Positions 49,236 to 57,723 of a DNA stretch of 64,000 bases are shown here, one piece after another. Position 1 is the stretch's first letter. Every line of letters begins with the position of its first letter. The DNA comes from a virus. The position numbers were made by a program, and so were the translations under genes. The stretch is from the IMG/VR virus record IMGVR_UViG_3300027710_000023. The stretch is one strand, 5' to 3'. The notes under the pieces were generated by a model. That model had not been told where the DNA came from, made no database searches, and saw only the letters and a list, made by a program, of their open reading frames with translations.

Positions 49236-49895
49236 ATGACTAAAGTAGAATATTTAGAATCTCAACGTGGTCAAAGCTACACTTTCATAGTTAATAATCA
49301 ACCAACAGTTGATACTATTGGTTCAATTACAGCAGAACATGTTCAAGAGATGACTACTATTCTTGCAGAAGGTTTAAGACTGGAAGTAGATAGTTATGTT
49401 GCTACAGAAGAGACTAAACAACTTTATAGCGCAGTAAAAGTAGCATTAAGTCCTGAACATATTTACAGTCCAGATTTTAAGATCAATTTTAGTTTACCTA
49501 ATATCTGGGGAACATTTCAGCTTGCAGTACAAGCAGGTATTATTTTACAAAGTTCTGCTGATAAACTAGTTAATCTTGCTACATATAAGAAAAATGTATT
49601 AAAAGTAACAAGACAAGATTGTATTGATTATTTTAGTTTAGATTGGGTAAACCCAACACCAATTAATATTGGCTCAAGTCGTCAAATTGAAATTAAATTA
49701 AATCAACAAAGTGTTGAAAGCACCTACTTAATTTTTGAAATGTCTAGAGATGGTGTTAATTGGGTTCCTGCTGGTAGTGTACACGGGCTTTACAAGTCTG
49801 GGGTATACTTAGGTAGTATTCCACCTTATGGTAGCTCACGTTTCATCCGGTGGCGTGGAGAATACGATTTAGATGTGACCATAGAAGGTATCTAA
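49236..49895 (+). CDS. hypothetical protein (first gene of the plus-strand island)
   Basis: 219 aa with GGAG RBS. Confidence 0.4.
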   Translation: MTKVEYLESQRGQSYTFIVNNQPTVDTIGSITAEHVQEMTTILAEGLRLEVDSYVATEETKQLYSAVKVALSPEHIYSPDFKINFSLPNIWGTFQLAVQAGIILQSSADKLVNLATYKKNVLKVTRQDCIDYFSLDWVNPTPINIGSSRQIEIKLNQQSVESTYLIFEMSRDGVNWVPAGSVHGLYKSGVYLGSIPPYGSSRFIRWRGEYDLDVTIEGI

Positions 49896-49896
49896 T

Positions 49897-51444
49897 ATGA
49901 CTTGGGCGCTAAAGTTCAATCCCGAAGGTAACGCTGGTAATGATGTTGTTACACTAGGTACTGCGCTAGTTCCGGGAATAGGTGTTGGTACTTCAAATTG
50001 GGCTATCGAATTTCGTATGAAGTTAGATGCTCTGCCTGCGTCTGGTAACTGGTATATTCTTGGTTCCGGCTCTGCATCACAAAATGCAGGTTTTGTTATA
50101 CGTTCTGCGTCTGGATCTGGTGTATTAGCTTTAGTTAGTGCAGGTACACATATCTCAGCAGCAGACTCTCCTGTTGGATTTTTAATAGCTGATGGGGAGT
50201 TTCATACATATCGAATTGTACGTGTTGCTGGCACATCTATTAGTTTTTACAGAGATGGCGCTACAATACAGTTAAATAAATCATGGGCTACTACAAGTAA
50301 CTTTACACTTAGTCTTAACCGTTTTGGTCGAGGTAGTATCAGCGGTACTGGTGGTGTTACTCCAATGGAGTTGGAGTGGTTTGACGCTACCGAATTTGAT
50401 ACTACCAATGGTCAGCGATGGGAATCAGATTTAGCAAATGGTTCTGGTACTGTTTGGCCTACAGTTAGTGGTAATAACCAAGGTACATTGGTTAACTTTA
50501 CTGCTGGTGCTGAATGGGTATTTTATGGTAGTACACCTGAGTTTACTGCTGTTGTAAGTGCAACATATGGATCATATACAGCTACAGTTGCAGCAGATAG
50601 CACAAGACCAACCAATTCACTATCTATTGCTGCACAGTATGCAAGTTATATTGCAGCAGTAAACAGTACCAATACAAAACCAGTTAAGACAATTAGTATT
50701 AATACACAATACCCAGCTTATACAGTATCTGTAAATGCTACAGGTGGTGTACCTGCTTATAATGTGAGTATTAATTCTAATTACCCTATTTATGTAGGTA
50801 GTGTTGTAGGAACAAATACTAAACCTGTTAAAACAAGTCAGATAAGTGCTACATACGCTACGTATACAGCAAATGCTACTTGTAGTAACACAAAACCAAT
50901 TAAAACAATAAGTATTAGTAGTCAGTATCCTGTTTTTAGTGTTAGTGTTGTAGCCACAAAACAGGCTAGTGGGCATACAGCTAGTATATTAGCAACATAC
51001 CCTAATTACACTGGTTCAGTTAATAGTACAAACACTAAACCAATTAAAACAGTAATAGTAACAGGAATATATCCTAGTTATATAGTAAATGTAGTTGGTA
51101 CAAATAACAAACCTGTTAAAACAGTTATTGTATCTACTACTTATAGTAGTTATACAGCAAGTGTAGTTGCTAACGTTGTTAGAAATAATGTTATATCTAT
51201 AAATAGTACTTATCCAAGATATACAGCTAATGTTGTATGTGGACAAGAAATACCAGATAAAACATTAACTATTAATTCAACATATCCAAAGTATATTGGT
51301 ATAGTTGTATTAGGTGATTTTGTGAATATGCCTTACCGTGGTGGTAAGGGAGCACATTTGGTTATCTCATCTGGTTCCAGAGAGATTAAAATTAAAGACA
51401 AAAGTCGTAATGTTAAATGGAGAGTAGAAAATGCCCGGTTATAA
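49897..51444 (+). CDS. lectin-like (concanavalin A/LamG-like) protein with about ten tandem 22-aa repeats
   Basis: The N-terminal about 200 aa are beta-sandwich-like (WAIEFRMKLDA...FHTYRIVRV...FYRDGA). Residues about 221-460 are degenerate repeats of the form YxxYTAxVxxTNTKPVKTxxI. Confidence 0.5.
   Translation: MTWALKFNPEGNAGNDVVTLGTALVPGIGVGTSNWAIEFRMKLDALPASGNWYILGSGSASQNAGFVIRSASGSGVLALVSAGTHISAADSPVGFLIADGEFHTYRIVRVAGTSISFYRDGATIQLNKSWATTSNFTLSLNRFGRGSISGTGGVTPMELEWFDATEFDTTNGQRWESDLANGSGTVWPTVSGNNQGTLVNFTAGAEWVFYGSTPEFTAVVSATYGSYTATVAADSTRPTNSLSIAAQYASYIAAVNSTNTKPVKTISINTQYPAYTVSVNATGGVPAYNVSINSNYPIYVGSVVGTNTKPVKTSQISATYATYTANATCSNTKPIKTISISSQYPVFSVSVVATKQASGHTASILATYPNYTGSVNSTNTKPIKTVIVTGIYPSYIVNVVGTNNKPVKTVIVSTTYSSYTASVVANVVRNNVISINSTYPRYTANVVCGQEIPDKTLTINSTYPKYIGIVVLGDFVNMPYRGGKGAHLVISSGSREIKIKDKSRNVKWRVENARL
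50557..51277 (+). repeat. degenerate tandem repeat array, about 66-bp unit, about 10 copies, coding
   Basis: Repeated aaaccagttaagacaat / acaaaaccaattaaaacaat cores seen in the DNA. Matches the protein repeats. Confidence 0.5.
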
Positions 51445-51781
51445 CTTAGCAATGCGTAATGCTGTTAATGATGCAATTGCAGCACAAGTAGGCGGTGGTA
51501 CTAACACATTAGAAGTACTTACAGCAGCTAACGCTGTATTGGCAACACATAGTAATATTCCATCATTTCCGGCATCAGTTAATGGTAGTACTACTTTGAC
51601 TACTGTTGCAGATGATGTAATTGATGCAAACGGCACTGCAACTAAAGTACGTGTTACTAAAGGTGGTTCAGTAAATGAATATGGCCCCGGTGAAGTAACG
51701 TTTGGTGATCCTGCTTATGTTGTTGGTGGTGTGTCAAAAGTAACTAGTATTACTATTGCATTCCCTAGTGGTGGATTATGA
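51431..51781 (+). CDS. hypothetical beta-rich protein
   Basis: 116-aa ORF overlapping its neighbours by 14 and 4 nt. Confidence 0.4.
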   Translation: MPGYNLAMRNAVNDAIAAQVGGGTNTLEVLTAANAVLATHSNIPSFPASVNGSTTLTTVADDVIDANGTATKVRVTKGGSVNEYGPGEVTFGDPAYVVGGVSKVTSITIAFPSGGL

Positions 51782-52104
51782 GTTGTAATACAGCTGTTAT
51801 TCGTCCTTATCAATGGGATAAACCCATTAAGCAAGGTAAAGTTGATCTATATTCTATTGATTTAACTGATTGGCTTGGAGAAGATGAATTAGGAACAGTT
51901 GTAGCAACATCAACAAATAATTTAGTAACTATTGTTGGTTCAGGAAAAGCAGCAAACGAGGCAGGGCAAGCTAACAAGTGTGCTACTGTCACTGTAGCAG
52001 GTATAACGCCCGGACTTGATGAGATACGCTTTAGCGTAGCCACAGCAAGCACTGGGCGTACAGACGGGATGTCAATACAACTGATTGTATCCAAGTATCC
52101 ATAA
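51778..52104 (+). CDS. hypothetical beta-rich protein
   Basis: 108-aa ORF, the last in the plus-strand island. Confidence 0.4.
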   Translation: MSCNTAVIRPYQWDKPIKQGKVDLYSIDLTDWLGEDELGTVVATSTNNLVTIVGSGKAANEAGQANKCATVTVAGITPGLDEIRFSVATASTGRTDGMSIQLIVSKYP

Positions 52105-52129
52105 GCCCCTTACGGGGCTTACTTTATTT
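52103..52129 (+). terminator. rho-independent terminator at the convergent junction
   Basis: aagcccc ttac ggggctt followed by actttattt. Confidence 0.55.
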
Positions 52130-53002
52130 CACTTCAATAAAAGGCAATGGGCCGGAATTACCGGTGTAAACTGGTAACTTACCATCCCACTTATCAATAG
52201 CATTTAATTGAACAACTGATGGGTTTTCACGAATAGCTTTACCTTTTAAGGCAATTGCTTCGGCTTCGGCACTTGCTAAAGTTAATTTAGCGTCTGCTTC
52301 GCCTTTTGCTTGTTCACGAGCTTTATCAGCTTCAGCTTTAACTTGTGCTACTTCATTTTCACGTTGTAGTGTTTTTTGTGTAGCGGTAATTTTAGCATTG
52401 ATTGCTTCAGTAACTTGTTGTGGTACACCGATATCACCAAGTAAAAATACTTGTTCTACATTAATACCAGCTGGTTTAAGTTTAGCTGTAACAATGTCAT
52501 TTACATCTTTAAGTAACTGTACTTTACCTTCACCATAGATGTATTCTACTTTGTATTTAGCAGCAGCTGCAATAAATGCATCTTGTACGATACGACGTAC
52601 ATAGCTGTCACTAATTTCTACAATACCTTTACGAAATTTCTGAAAGATGTCACTTACTTTAGTTGGATCAACTGCAAAAGCAATACCGACATCAGCCCAT
52701 ACTTTCATGCCTTCAGATGTTTGAAAGCGGATAGCTTCGTCTGTAGAACTATCTGCACAGCCTTTACCTTCAACTGGTGTAGCTGTCCATTGACAGTTTT
52801 GAGTAAAAGTAGGAAATACATACAGTTCTTCATTAACACCGATCCAGTAACGTCCCGGAGTTAATTCTTGTGTAGATACACCTTTTTCTGAACCAAGTAA
52901 GTTAACTTTAATACCTACATGGCCTGATTCTACACGACTACAAGCAGTAGCAGCTAAAGCAATTACACCTAGAAGTACAGCACGTAACAATTTATTCTTC
53001 AT
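52124..53002 (-). CDS. SPFH/band-7 (stomatin/HflC-like) lipoprotein
   Basis: N-terminal MKNKLLRAVLLGVIALAATAC signal with lipobox-like TAC. SPFH body with C-terminal Ala/Glu/Lys-rich coiled coil. Confidence 0.6.
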   Translation of the reverse strand: MKNKLLRAVLLGVIALAATACSRVESGHVGIKVNLLGSEKGVSTQELTPGRYWIGVNEELYVFPTFTQNCQWTATPVEGKGCADSSTDEAIRFQTSEGMKVWADVGIAFAVDPTKVSDIFQKFRKGIVEISDSYVRRIVQDAFIAAAAKYKVEYIYGEGKVQLLKDVNDIVTAKLKPAGINVEQVFLLGDIGVPQQVTEAINAKITATQKTLQRENEVAQVKAEADKAREQAKGEADAKLTLASAEAEAIALKGKAIRENPSVVQLNAIDKWDGKLPVYTGNSGPLPFIEVK

Positions 53003-53210
53003 GGTTTTTCTCTTCTGTTGATGGATCAATTATTTTTGGAAACATTACTTTTACTGCAATGTGAATTAAACACAGACAGTAAGCAATCATTAATACAAAT
53101 CCTGAAAGTACCATAATGGTATCTTTTTCAGAAATTAAGTAGGGTAAAACTACACCAAACATAGCAATGGTTGATATAGCAATTAGTAAAGCTAAATATA
53201 CATATTTCAT
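52992..53210 (-). CDS. small two-TM membrane protein
   Basis: 72-aa hydrophobic ORF. Overlaps the SPFH start by 11 nt. Confidence 0.35.
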   Translation of the reverse strand: MKYVYLALLIAISTIAMFGVVLPYLISEKDTIMVLSGFVLMIAYCLCLIHIAVKVMFPKIIDPSTEEKNHEE

Positions 53211-53827
53211 TAATCACCCCAAGGTAAGTTAGAAGTTATTGTTGTTGATCCATTTGTATTAAGTTTAATTGAACCTGATTTAATTTGTTCATTCCAGATA
53301 TTCATATCTCTGTTATAGAGATCTTCTCTTAAGAAATCATCATAAGTTCTTTCAGTATCTAATACAAAGGTAGTTAGTTTGGTTTTAATACCGCTAAAAA
53401 CCTTATAAGTTATTAATCCCCATGCAGTGAGCATAGTTAAAATACTTAATGCCGGTATAATACCAGATGTTAAAAGAAGTGTTCCTGTTAATCCTGTAAT
53501 AGCGATTAAAGAAAACAATGTATAAAACACAACAGTTAAAAATATTTTTAAAGTCATGTCTTCTACAGGATCTTGTTTATTTGGTATATGGGTTACTATG
53601 TTCTTTCGAGATAAGTGTTCAATGAATTTACGTATACGTTTATTGTTATCTGTATCAGAATCAATACGTAAACGAGTCATGTACTTGTTTACTGTTTCTA
53701 CGCAGTTAGGGCACATTACTTTGACTGTATTGGTTTGATATGTTTCAACAATAACAGATACATCGTTTTTAGGTATATGTTCTTTACAACAGTCACATGT
53801 TACAAGTGATTTAATCATATGCACCAA
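53210..53827 (-). CDS. zinc-ribbon protein with C-terminal TM helices
   Basis: CDCCKEH...CPNC in the N-terminus. Two hydrophobic helices near the C-terminus. Confidence 0.4.
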   Translation of the reverse strand: MVHMIKSLVTCDCCKEHIPKNDVSVIVETYQTNTVKVMCPNCVETVNKYMTRLRIDSDTDNNKRIRKFIEHLSRKNIVTHIPNKQDPVEDMTLKIFLTVVFYTLFSLIAITGLTGTLLLTSGIIPALSILTMLTAWGLITYKVFSGIKTKLTTFVLDTERTYDDFLREDLYNRDMNIWNEQIKSGSIKLNTNGSTTITSNLPWGD

Positions 53828-54510
53828 CTAGGTTTAATTATACCGTAAATATCATACAATCGCTGATCCCAAGGTACAGGCATATTATAAGGAAATGTAC
53901 TAAGATAAGGTCTAGCCATAAATCCAGATAAATAACTTTCTTGTATGTTTAAACGAGCATGTATAAATGATAAATAGGCTATTTGTACTGTTGGATCTGT
54001 ATAAGTGTAATTTCCGTAGCAATTTACTGATTTGTGTAAAGACATATTACAGAAGAAACTTTCAAACTGTTGAAAATGTTTAAACAGATCATCAGTCCAA
54101 TAACAATAAAACAATTCAATAAATGAACATATTTTATCTACTAGTGCTGATACGGGAGTTTGCATGGATTTTTGTAATCCCATATCTTGATTAAGTTCTT
54201 CAATTAACTTAGTTAATTCTTCACTGAGTGTTAAAAGCTCCCCGTATTTAGATGTACTGTCATCAAATGAATCAATTCTTTCTTCAGCTCTTTTTAAGAA
54301 ATAAGAATATTTAGTTTCTAAAGTTGGATCGCCAAGCAAGTCACCAACTTCTTTTAAATTTTTTAAAATATCAGAAGAACTGATTTTGTCTAAGTGGTGA
54401 TATAAAGCTTCATTATTACTAGCAACTTCTTTTTTTAAATTAACTAAGCTAGTCAATGTAACATCGATAAGATAACAGATTTCAGGTACTGTTCTTGAAG
54501 AATTAAGCAT
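53815..54510 (-). CDS. hypothetical protein
   Basis: 231-aa ORF. Confidence 0.4.
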   Translation of the reverse strand: MLNSSRTVPEICYLIDVTLTSLVNLKKEVASNNEALYHHLDKISSSDILKNLKEVGDLLGDPTLETKYSYFLKRAEERIDSFDDSTSKYGELLTLSEELTKLIEELNQDMGLQKSMQTPVSALVDKICSFIELFYCYWTDDLFKHFQQFESFFCNMSLHKSVNCYGNYTYTDPTVQIAYLSFIHARLNIQESYLSGFMARPYLSTFPYNMPVPWDQRLYDIYGIIKPSWCI

Positions 54511-54704
54511 TAATCATCTCCCGATAAAACCCATACAACAATACACATACAAGCAAATGCTAACCAAGGTTCATTAATGTAAAACCAATAAATAATATTT
54601 AACATTCCAAAAGTAGCTACTTTGAATTTCATTCTGCACCGCCTTGCTGTTTGGCTTCTAAATAATCCTGAACGGAGCATTCCGGGTTGCTTGAATAGAT
54701 ACAT
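54510..54704 (-). CDS. small membrane protein
   Basis: 64-aa ORF with one TM helix. Overlaps its neighbour. Confidence 0.3.
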   Translation of the reverse strand: MYLFKQPGMLRSGLFRSQTARRCRMKFKVATFGMLNIIYWFYINEPWLAFACMCIVVWVLSGDD

Positions 54705-54880
54705 TCAATTTCTTTGCAGGTTTTTGAATGTGTTGACAGACCTAATTCATCCATTTCGCGTACAAATTGGCGAATCATTTCTAAGTACCATTCTTCGCGT
54801 TGGCTGTGGTGTTCATTGACTTTGGTAAGTAAATCAATTTTAGCCTGCATTTTACGAACTAATGCTTTAGTGTCCATCAC
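54629..54880 (-). CDS. hypothetical protein
   Basis: 83 aa, helical. Ends QQGGAE. Confidence 0.35.
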   Translation of the reverse strand: MMDTKALVRKMQAKIDLLTKVNEHHSQREEWYLEMIRQFVREMDELGLSTHSKTCKEIECIYSSNPECSVQDYLEAKQQGGAE

Positions 54881-55230
54881 GCACCGCCTTGCCGGATGCG
54901 CTCGGCATATCTGTCAGCGTCGGAAAATACCATGCCTTCTTCGCTCTTTAGTCCCATCCACGACAGACACGCCGCCACGTAACCAGCCCGCCCAGCCTCA
55001 ACGCGCACCTGCGCAAGACAGGCGGCTGGTGTTGGCAGTTCTTTTTCGAAATTTAAAAGAAACGCTGGAATGTTAAGTTCATCAACTCCGCGTATTTGCA
55101 AGTCGAGCTTGTAGCCGTGAATAAGCATGTTTTTTAACACCTCAACCTGCGCGGCCAGTTCTTCATACGTTGGTTTAGTCATTTTATTGCTCCAATGTTT
55201 TAATAAAATCAAAATACTCTTTAGAAGCAC
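54877..55230 (-). CDS. hypothetical protein with GC-rich 3' half
   Basis: 117 aa, ending RQGGA. The coding DNA from about 54880 to 55080 is conspicuously GC-rich. Confidence 0.35.
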   Translation of the reverse strand: MLLKSILILLKHWSNKMTKPTYEELAAQVEVLKNMLIHGYKLDLQIRGVDELNIPAFLLNFEKELPTPAACLAQVRVEAGRAGYVAACLSWMGLKSEEGMVFSDADRYAERIRQGGA

Positions 55231-55528
55231 GAACTACGTTAGATGCAGTTAAGGATTTAGCGTATTCAGGATTAACTAAATTAAAGTAATAGCGCATTAC
55301 ACATAATGCTTGATGATCTTTTTCATATGATGTACATCCACAATAAGTACAATCAATAGCTATTAGATTAATCCGAGGTTCATCATTACTATATAAAAAA
55401 CGTACTCTTTTTGTTTTTACTAATATAGAAAAAGAGTGTACTTTTCCACAAATACCACAAGTATGTATGACAATATTGTCTGTATTAGGCTTGGGATTGT
55501 TGTTGGAGTCTGAGTTGACTGTTTTCAC
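55184..55528 (-). CDS. zinc-ribbon protein
   Basis: HTCGICGK...CTYCGC (two CxxC pairs). Confidence 0.35.
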   Translation of the reverse strand: MKTVNSDSNNNPKPNTDNIVIHTCGICGKVHSFSILVKTKRVRFLYSNDEPRINLIAIDCTYCGCTSYEKDHQALCVMRYYFNLVNPEYAKSLTASNVVRASKEYFDFIKTLEQ

Positions 55529-55682
55529 TTTCTAACTCCGCAATACGTTTAGCTAAAGTAGCATTGCTAATTTGAGCATCAGCAACTTCTTTTAACTTTA
55601 ATACAAAGTCAGTATTAGGATGTTCGTTGTAAACATTAACTAAACGACCAGCAATCCAATGTAAAAAATCTTTATTTGTCAT
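55485..55682 (-). CDS. hypothetical small helical protein
   Basis: 65-aa ORF. Confidence 0.3.
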   Translation of the reverse strand: MTNKDFLHWIAGRLVNVYNEHPNTDFVLKLKEVADAQISNATLAKRIAELESENSQLRLQQQSQA

Positions 55683-56107
55683 TAGATGCCTCTTATTGTT
55701 TTACCTGATGCTCTACCACCAGCTGTATAAGCAAGACTGTCAACGTAATCATCTTTAATATAATAAAAATTTGAATTGGTGTTTTCATCAATACCAAGTA
55801 AAGTTTTTACAGTTTCAACGTATGAATCAAACGTTTTGCGTACATCTACAGGATCATTAGCTTTATGTGGGTATTTATTAAGAGTTAGCCATCTTGACTT
55901 AAGTTGCCACTTAACAAGTACACCTTTAGTACCACACTTTGTACAAGTATGCACATATTTACCTAACTGTGGCCCAAAATAAGGTTGTGTTACAGTAGGT
56001 ACGTAAATTGCATCGTTGTAATTACAATGACGACAATTATGTAACACATACAGTAGATTACTGGGGTGTTGTGAAACACGTTTATAAATATAAGATTCTT
56101 TACGCAT
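55682..56107 (-). CDS. zinc-ribbon protein
   Basis: CRHCNY...CTKCGTKG (two CxxC pairs). Confidence 0.4.
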   Translation of the reverse strand: MRKESYIYKRVSQHPSNLLYVLHNCRHCNYNDAIYVPTVTQPYFGPQLGKYVHTCTKCGTKGVLVKWQLKSRWLTLNKYPHKANDPVDVRKTFDSYVETVKTLLGIDENTNSNFYYIKDDYVDSLAYTAGGRASGKTIRGI

Positions 56108-56375
56108 GTTATGTCCTTAAAATTGAATTGGTGGAGTGAAGCCCTCTACACAACAGTAGGAACCACTTCTGTTATGTAAACATCACTCCACCGAAAAAGA
56201 ATTGTTGGTTGTGGATACCACTAACCAAGTTAAACTCTAGCTTGCAGCTACTTAAGTACTTATTTTTCTTATTGGCTCATGTGTACTGTCTAACTCTTTA
56301 ACAATATAAATAGAAGCCCCCTAAACATTGTTTGGGAGAACATTAATTGAAAAATTATGTCTAGGAGACTTTTAT

Positions 56376-56585
56376 TTATTCTGTTAGTAACTCTTTAAGT
56401 CGTAACTGTCTTAATTTTCTAGTTCTACATCTACTTCTACAGTAAATATGATTCTTGTTACGGGATAAAAACCATTCTTGACATATAGGACATTGTGTAA
56501 GCGTTGAACCACAATAAATACACTTACCATTGTGTGTAACGTGTTTCTGTGACATTTCCTTTTTACCTTGGCTCAATTGATCCAA
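56376..56585 (-). CDS. zinc-ribbon protein
   Basis: CIYCGS...CPIC followed by HIYCRSRCR. 69 aa, basic. Confidence 0.45.
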   Translation of the reverse strand: MDQLSQGKKEMSQKHVTHNGKCIYCGSTLTQCPICQEWFLSRNKNHIYCRSRCRTRKLRQLRLKELLTE

Positions 56586-56601
56586 ATAAATTATAGGTTA
56601 T

Positions 56602-56619
56602 TGGCGCTTTAGTGGCGCT
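56602..56619. promoter_or_regulatory. 7-bp direct repeat tggcgct x2 (11-bp periodicity) in the divergent promoter region
   Basis: tggcgctttagtggcgct, about 20 bp upstream of the GGAG RBS of 56638..57354. Confidence 0.3.
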
Positions 56620-56637
56620 CTAACCGGAGAAAAGAAA

Positions 56638-57354
56638 ATGGCTACATTTAATGAAGACGTAATCACCCGTGGGTTTGCAGGCGGTTCTGACGGCTTTGGT
56701 GGTGGTATGGGTGGTGGTTTGTTACTTGGTTTATTGCTCGGTCGAGTAGGTTTATTTGGCAATCAAAACGGTGAAGGCTGCGTTACAAATGAAACTATCA
56801 ACCAACAAACGCTTGGCGATATTAAAGCTGCGATCCCGCTGTCAGAAGCACAGGTTCAGCTTGCTTTAGCTGGCGCACAGGCTTCTTTGTCTAGCCAAGC
56901 AACCCAAGATACCCAGTATTTAAGTAATCAAACACAGGCTTTGGCAATTGCTCAAATGCAATTAGCTGCCGGGCTTTCTCGTGAAATTACTGCTGTAGAT
57001 ACTAATGTTGATCGTCAATCTACTGCTATTCAACAAGCAGTATTTAGTGATGGTGAACGTACAAGACAATTAATTACCAATAATCGCATTAGTGATCTTG
57101 AACAACAATTAACTGTTGCACAGCTTGGTAGTGCTGAACAGCGTGCAATTAACCGTGAAATTACCAATACTAATACAATTACTATTGGTATGAATCAACA
57201 ACAAGCTCAACAGCAACAACAACTACAAGCTTTACAATGGCAATTACAAGCATTGTTTGGTCAAGTAGCTCAAGCAACTAACAGTAATGTTATTGTTGGC
57301 TCAACCGGTGTACGTACTGATCAAGCAGCTAATCCTACTAATGTAAGGGCATAA
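56638..57354 (+). CDS. Gly-rich / Gln-rich low-complexity protein (reverse-oriented in the early region)
   Basis: Strong RBS (GGAGaaaagaaaATG). N-terminal GGSDGFGGGMGGGLLLGLLLGRVGLFG. Long Q/A-rich helical region with QQQAQQQQQLQALQWQLQALFGQ. Confidence 0.5.
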   Translation: MATFNEDVITRGFAGGSDGFGGGMGGGLLLGLLLGRVGLFGNQNGEGCVTNETINQQTLGDIKAAIPLSEAQVQLALAGAQASLSSQATQDTQYLSNQTQALAIAQMQLAAGLSREITAVDTNVDRQSTAIQQAVFSDGERTRQLITNNRISDLEQQLTVAQLGSAEQRAINREITNTNTITIGMNQQQAQQQQQLQALQWQLQALFGQVAQATNSNVIVGSTGVRTDQAANPTNVRA

Positions 57355-57355
57355 T

Positions 57356-57523
57356 ATGCTAGTTGATTTCAAATCAGATGGTACAATGGTTATTGTTCCA
57401 GAATGTGTTACGGAACTAATGGCATTGAAGTACTGGATGTACGAATTTCAAAAACATGGAGTTAAAATGCTTGAAGTAATGATTGAAACACACACAGAAG
57501 TAGTTCCAGAAGTTTTACGTTAA
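57356..57523 (+). CDS. small 55-aa ORF co-oriented and likely translationally coupled with 56638..57354
   Basis: ATG 2 nt after the upstream stop. TAAGGG RBS. Not in the supplied ORF track (below its length cut-off). Confidence 0.3.
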   Translation: MLVDFKSDGTMVIVPECVTELMALKYWMYEFQKHGVKMLEVMIETHTEVVPEVLR

Positions 57524-57723
57524 TCTGTATGAACTACACAGTAAAAAGAGGTGCCGTTAACTCTGGCATCTCTTCCACCAAAGTAAGGATCGTAATATTT
57601 ATCAATTACATCTTGAACTGTAGTACCAACAGAGCAGTTACCCCATATTTTCTCATGAGCATAACCTGATTCACGTTTAGTAACTATCATTTCTGGTTCT
57701 GGTTTAAATACATCACTTGTCAT
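57520..57723 (-). CDS. hypothetical protein
   Basis: 67-aa ORF. Confidence 0.35.
   Translation of the reverse strand: MTSDVFKPEPEMIVTKRESGYAHEKIWGNCSVGTTVQDVIDKYYDPYFGGRDARVNGTSFYCVVHTD

Noticed and set aside
50620-51246. Cys-rich minus-strand ORFs 50620..50976 and 51016..51246
   Set aside because: They lie antisense to the tandem-repeat region of 49897..51444. Their low-complexity C/N/Y/T translation is the mirror of the repeats, not a real gene.
54714-55076. Plus-strand ORF 54714..55076
   Set aside because: It is the antisense of the GC-rich part of minus-strand genes. GC-rich DNA gives long spurious open frames.
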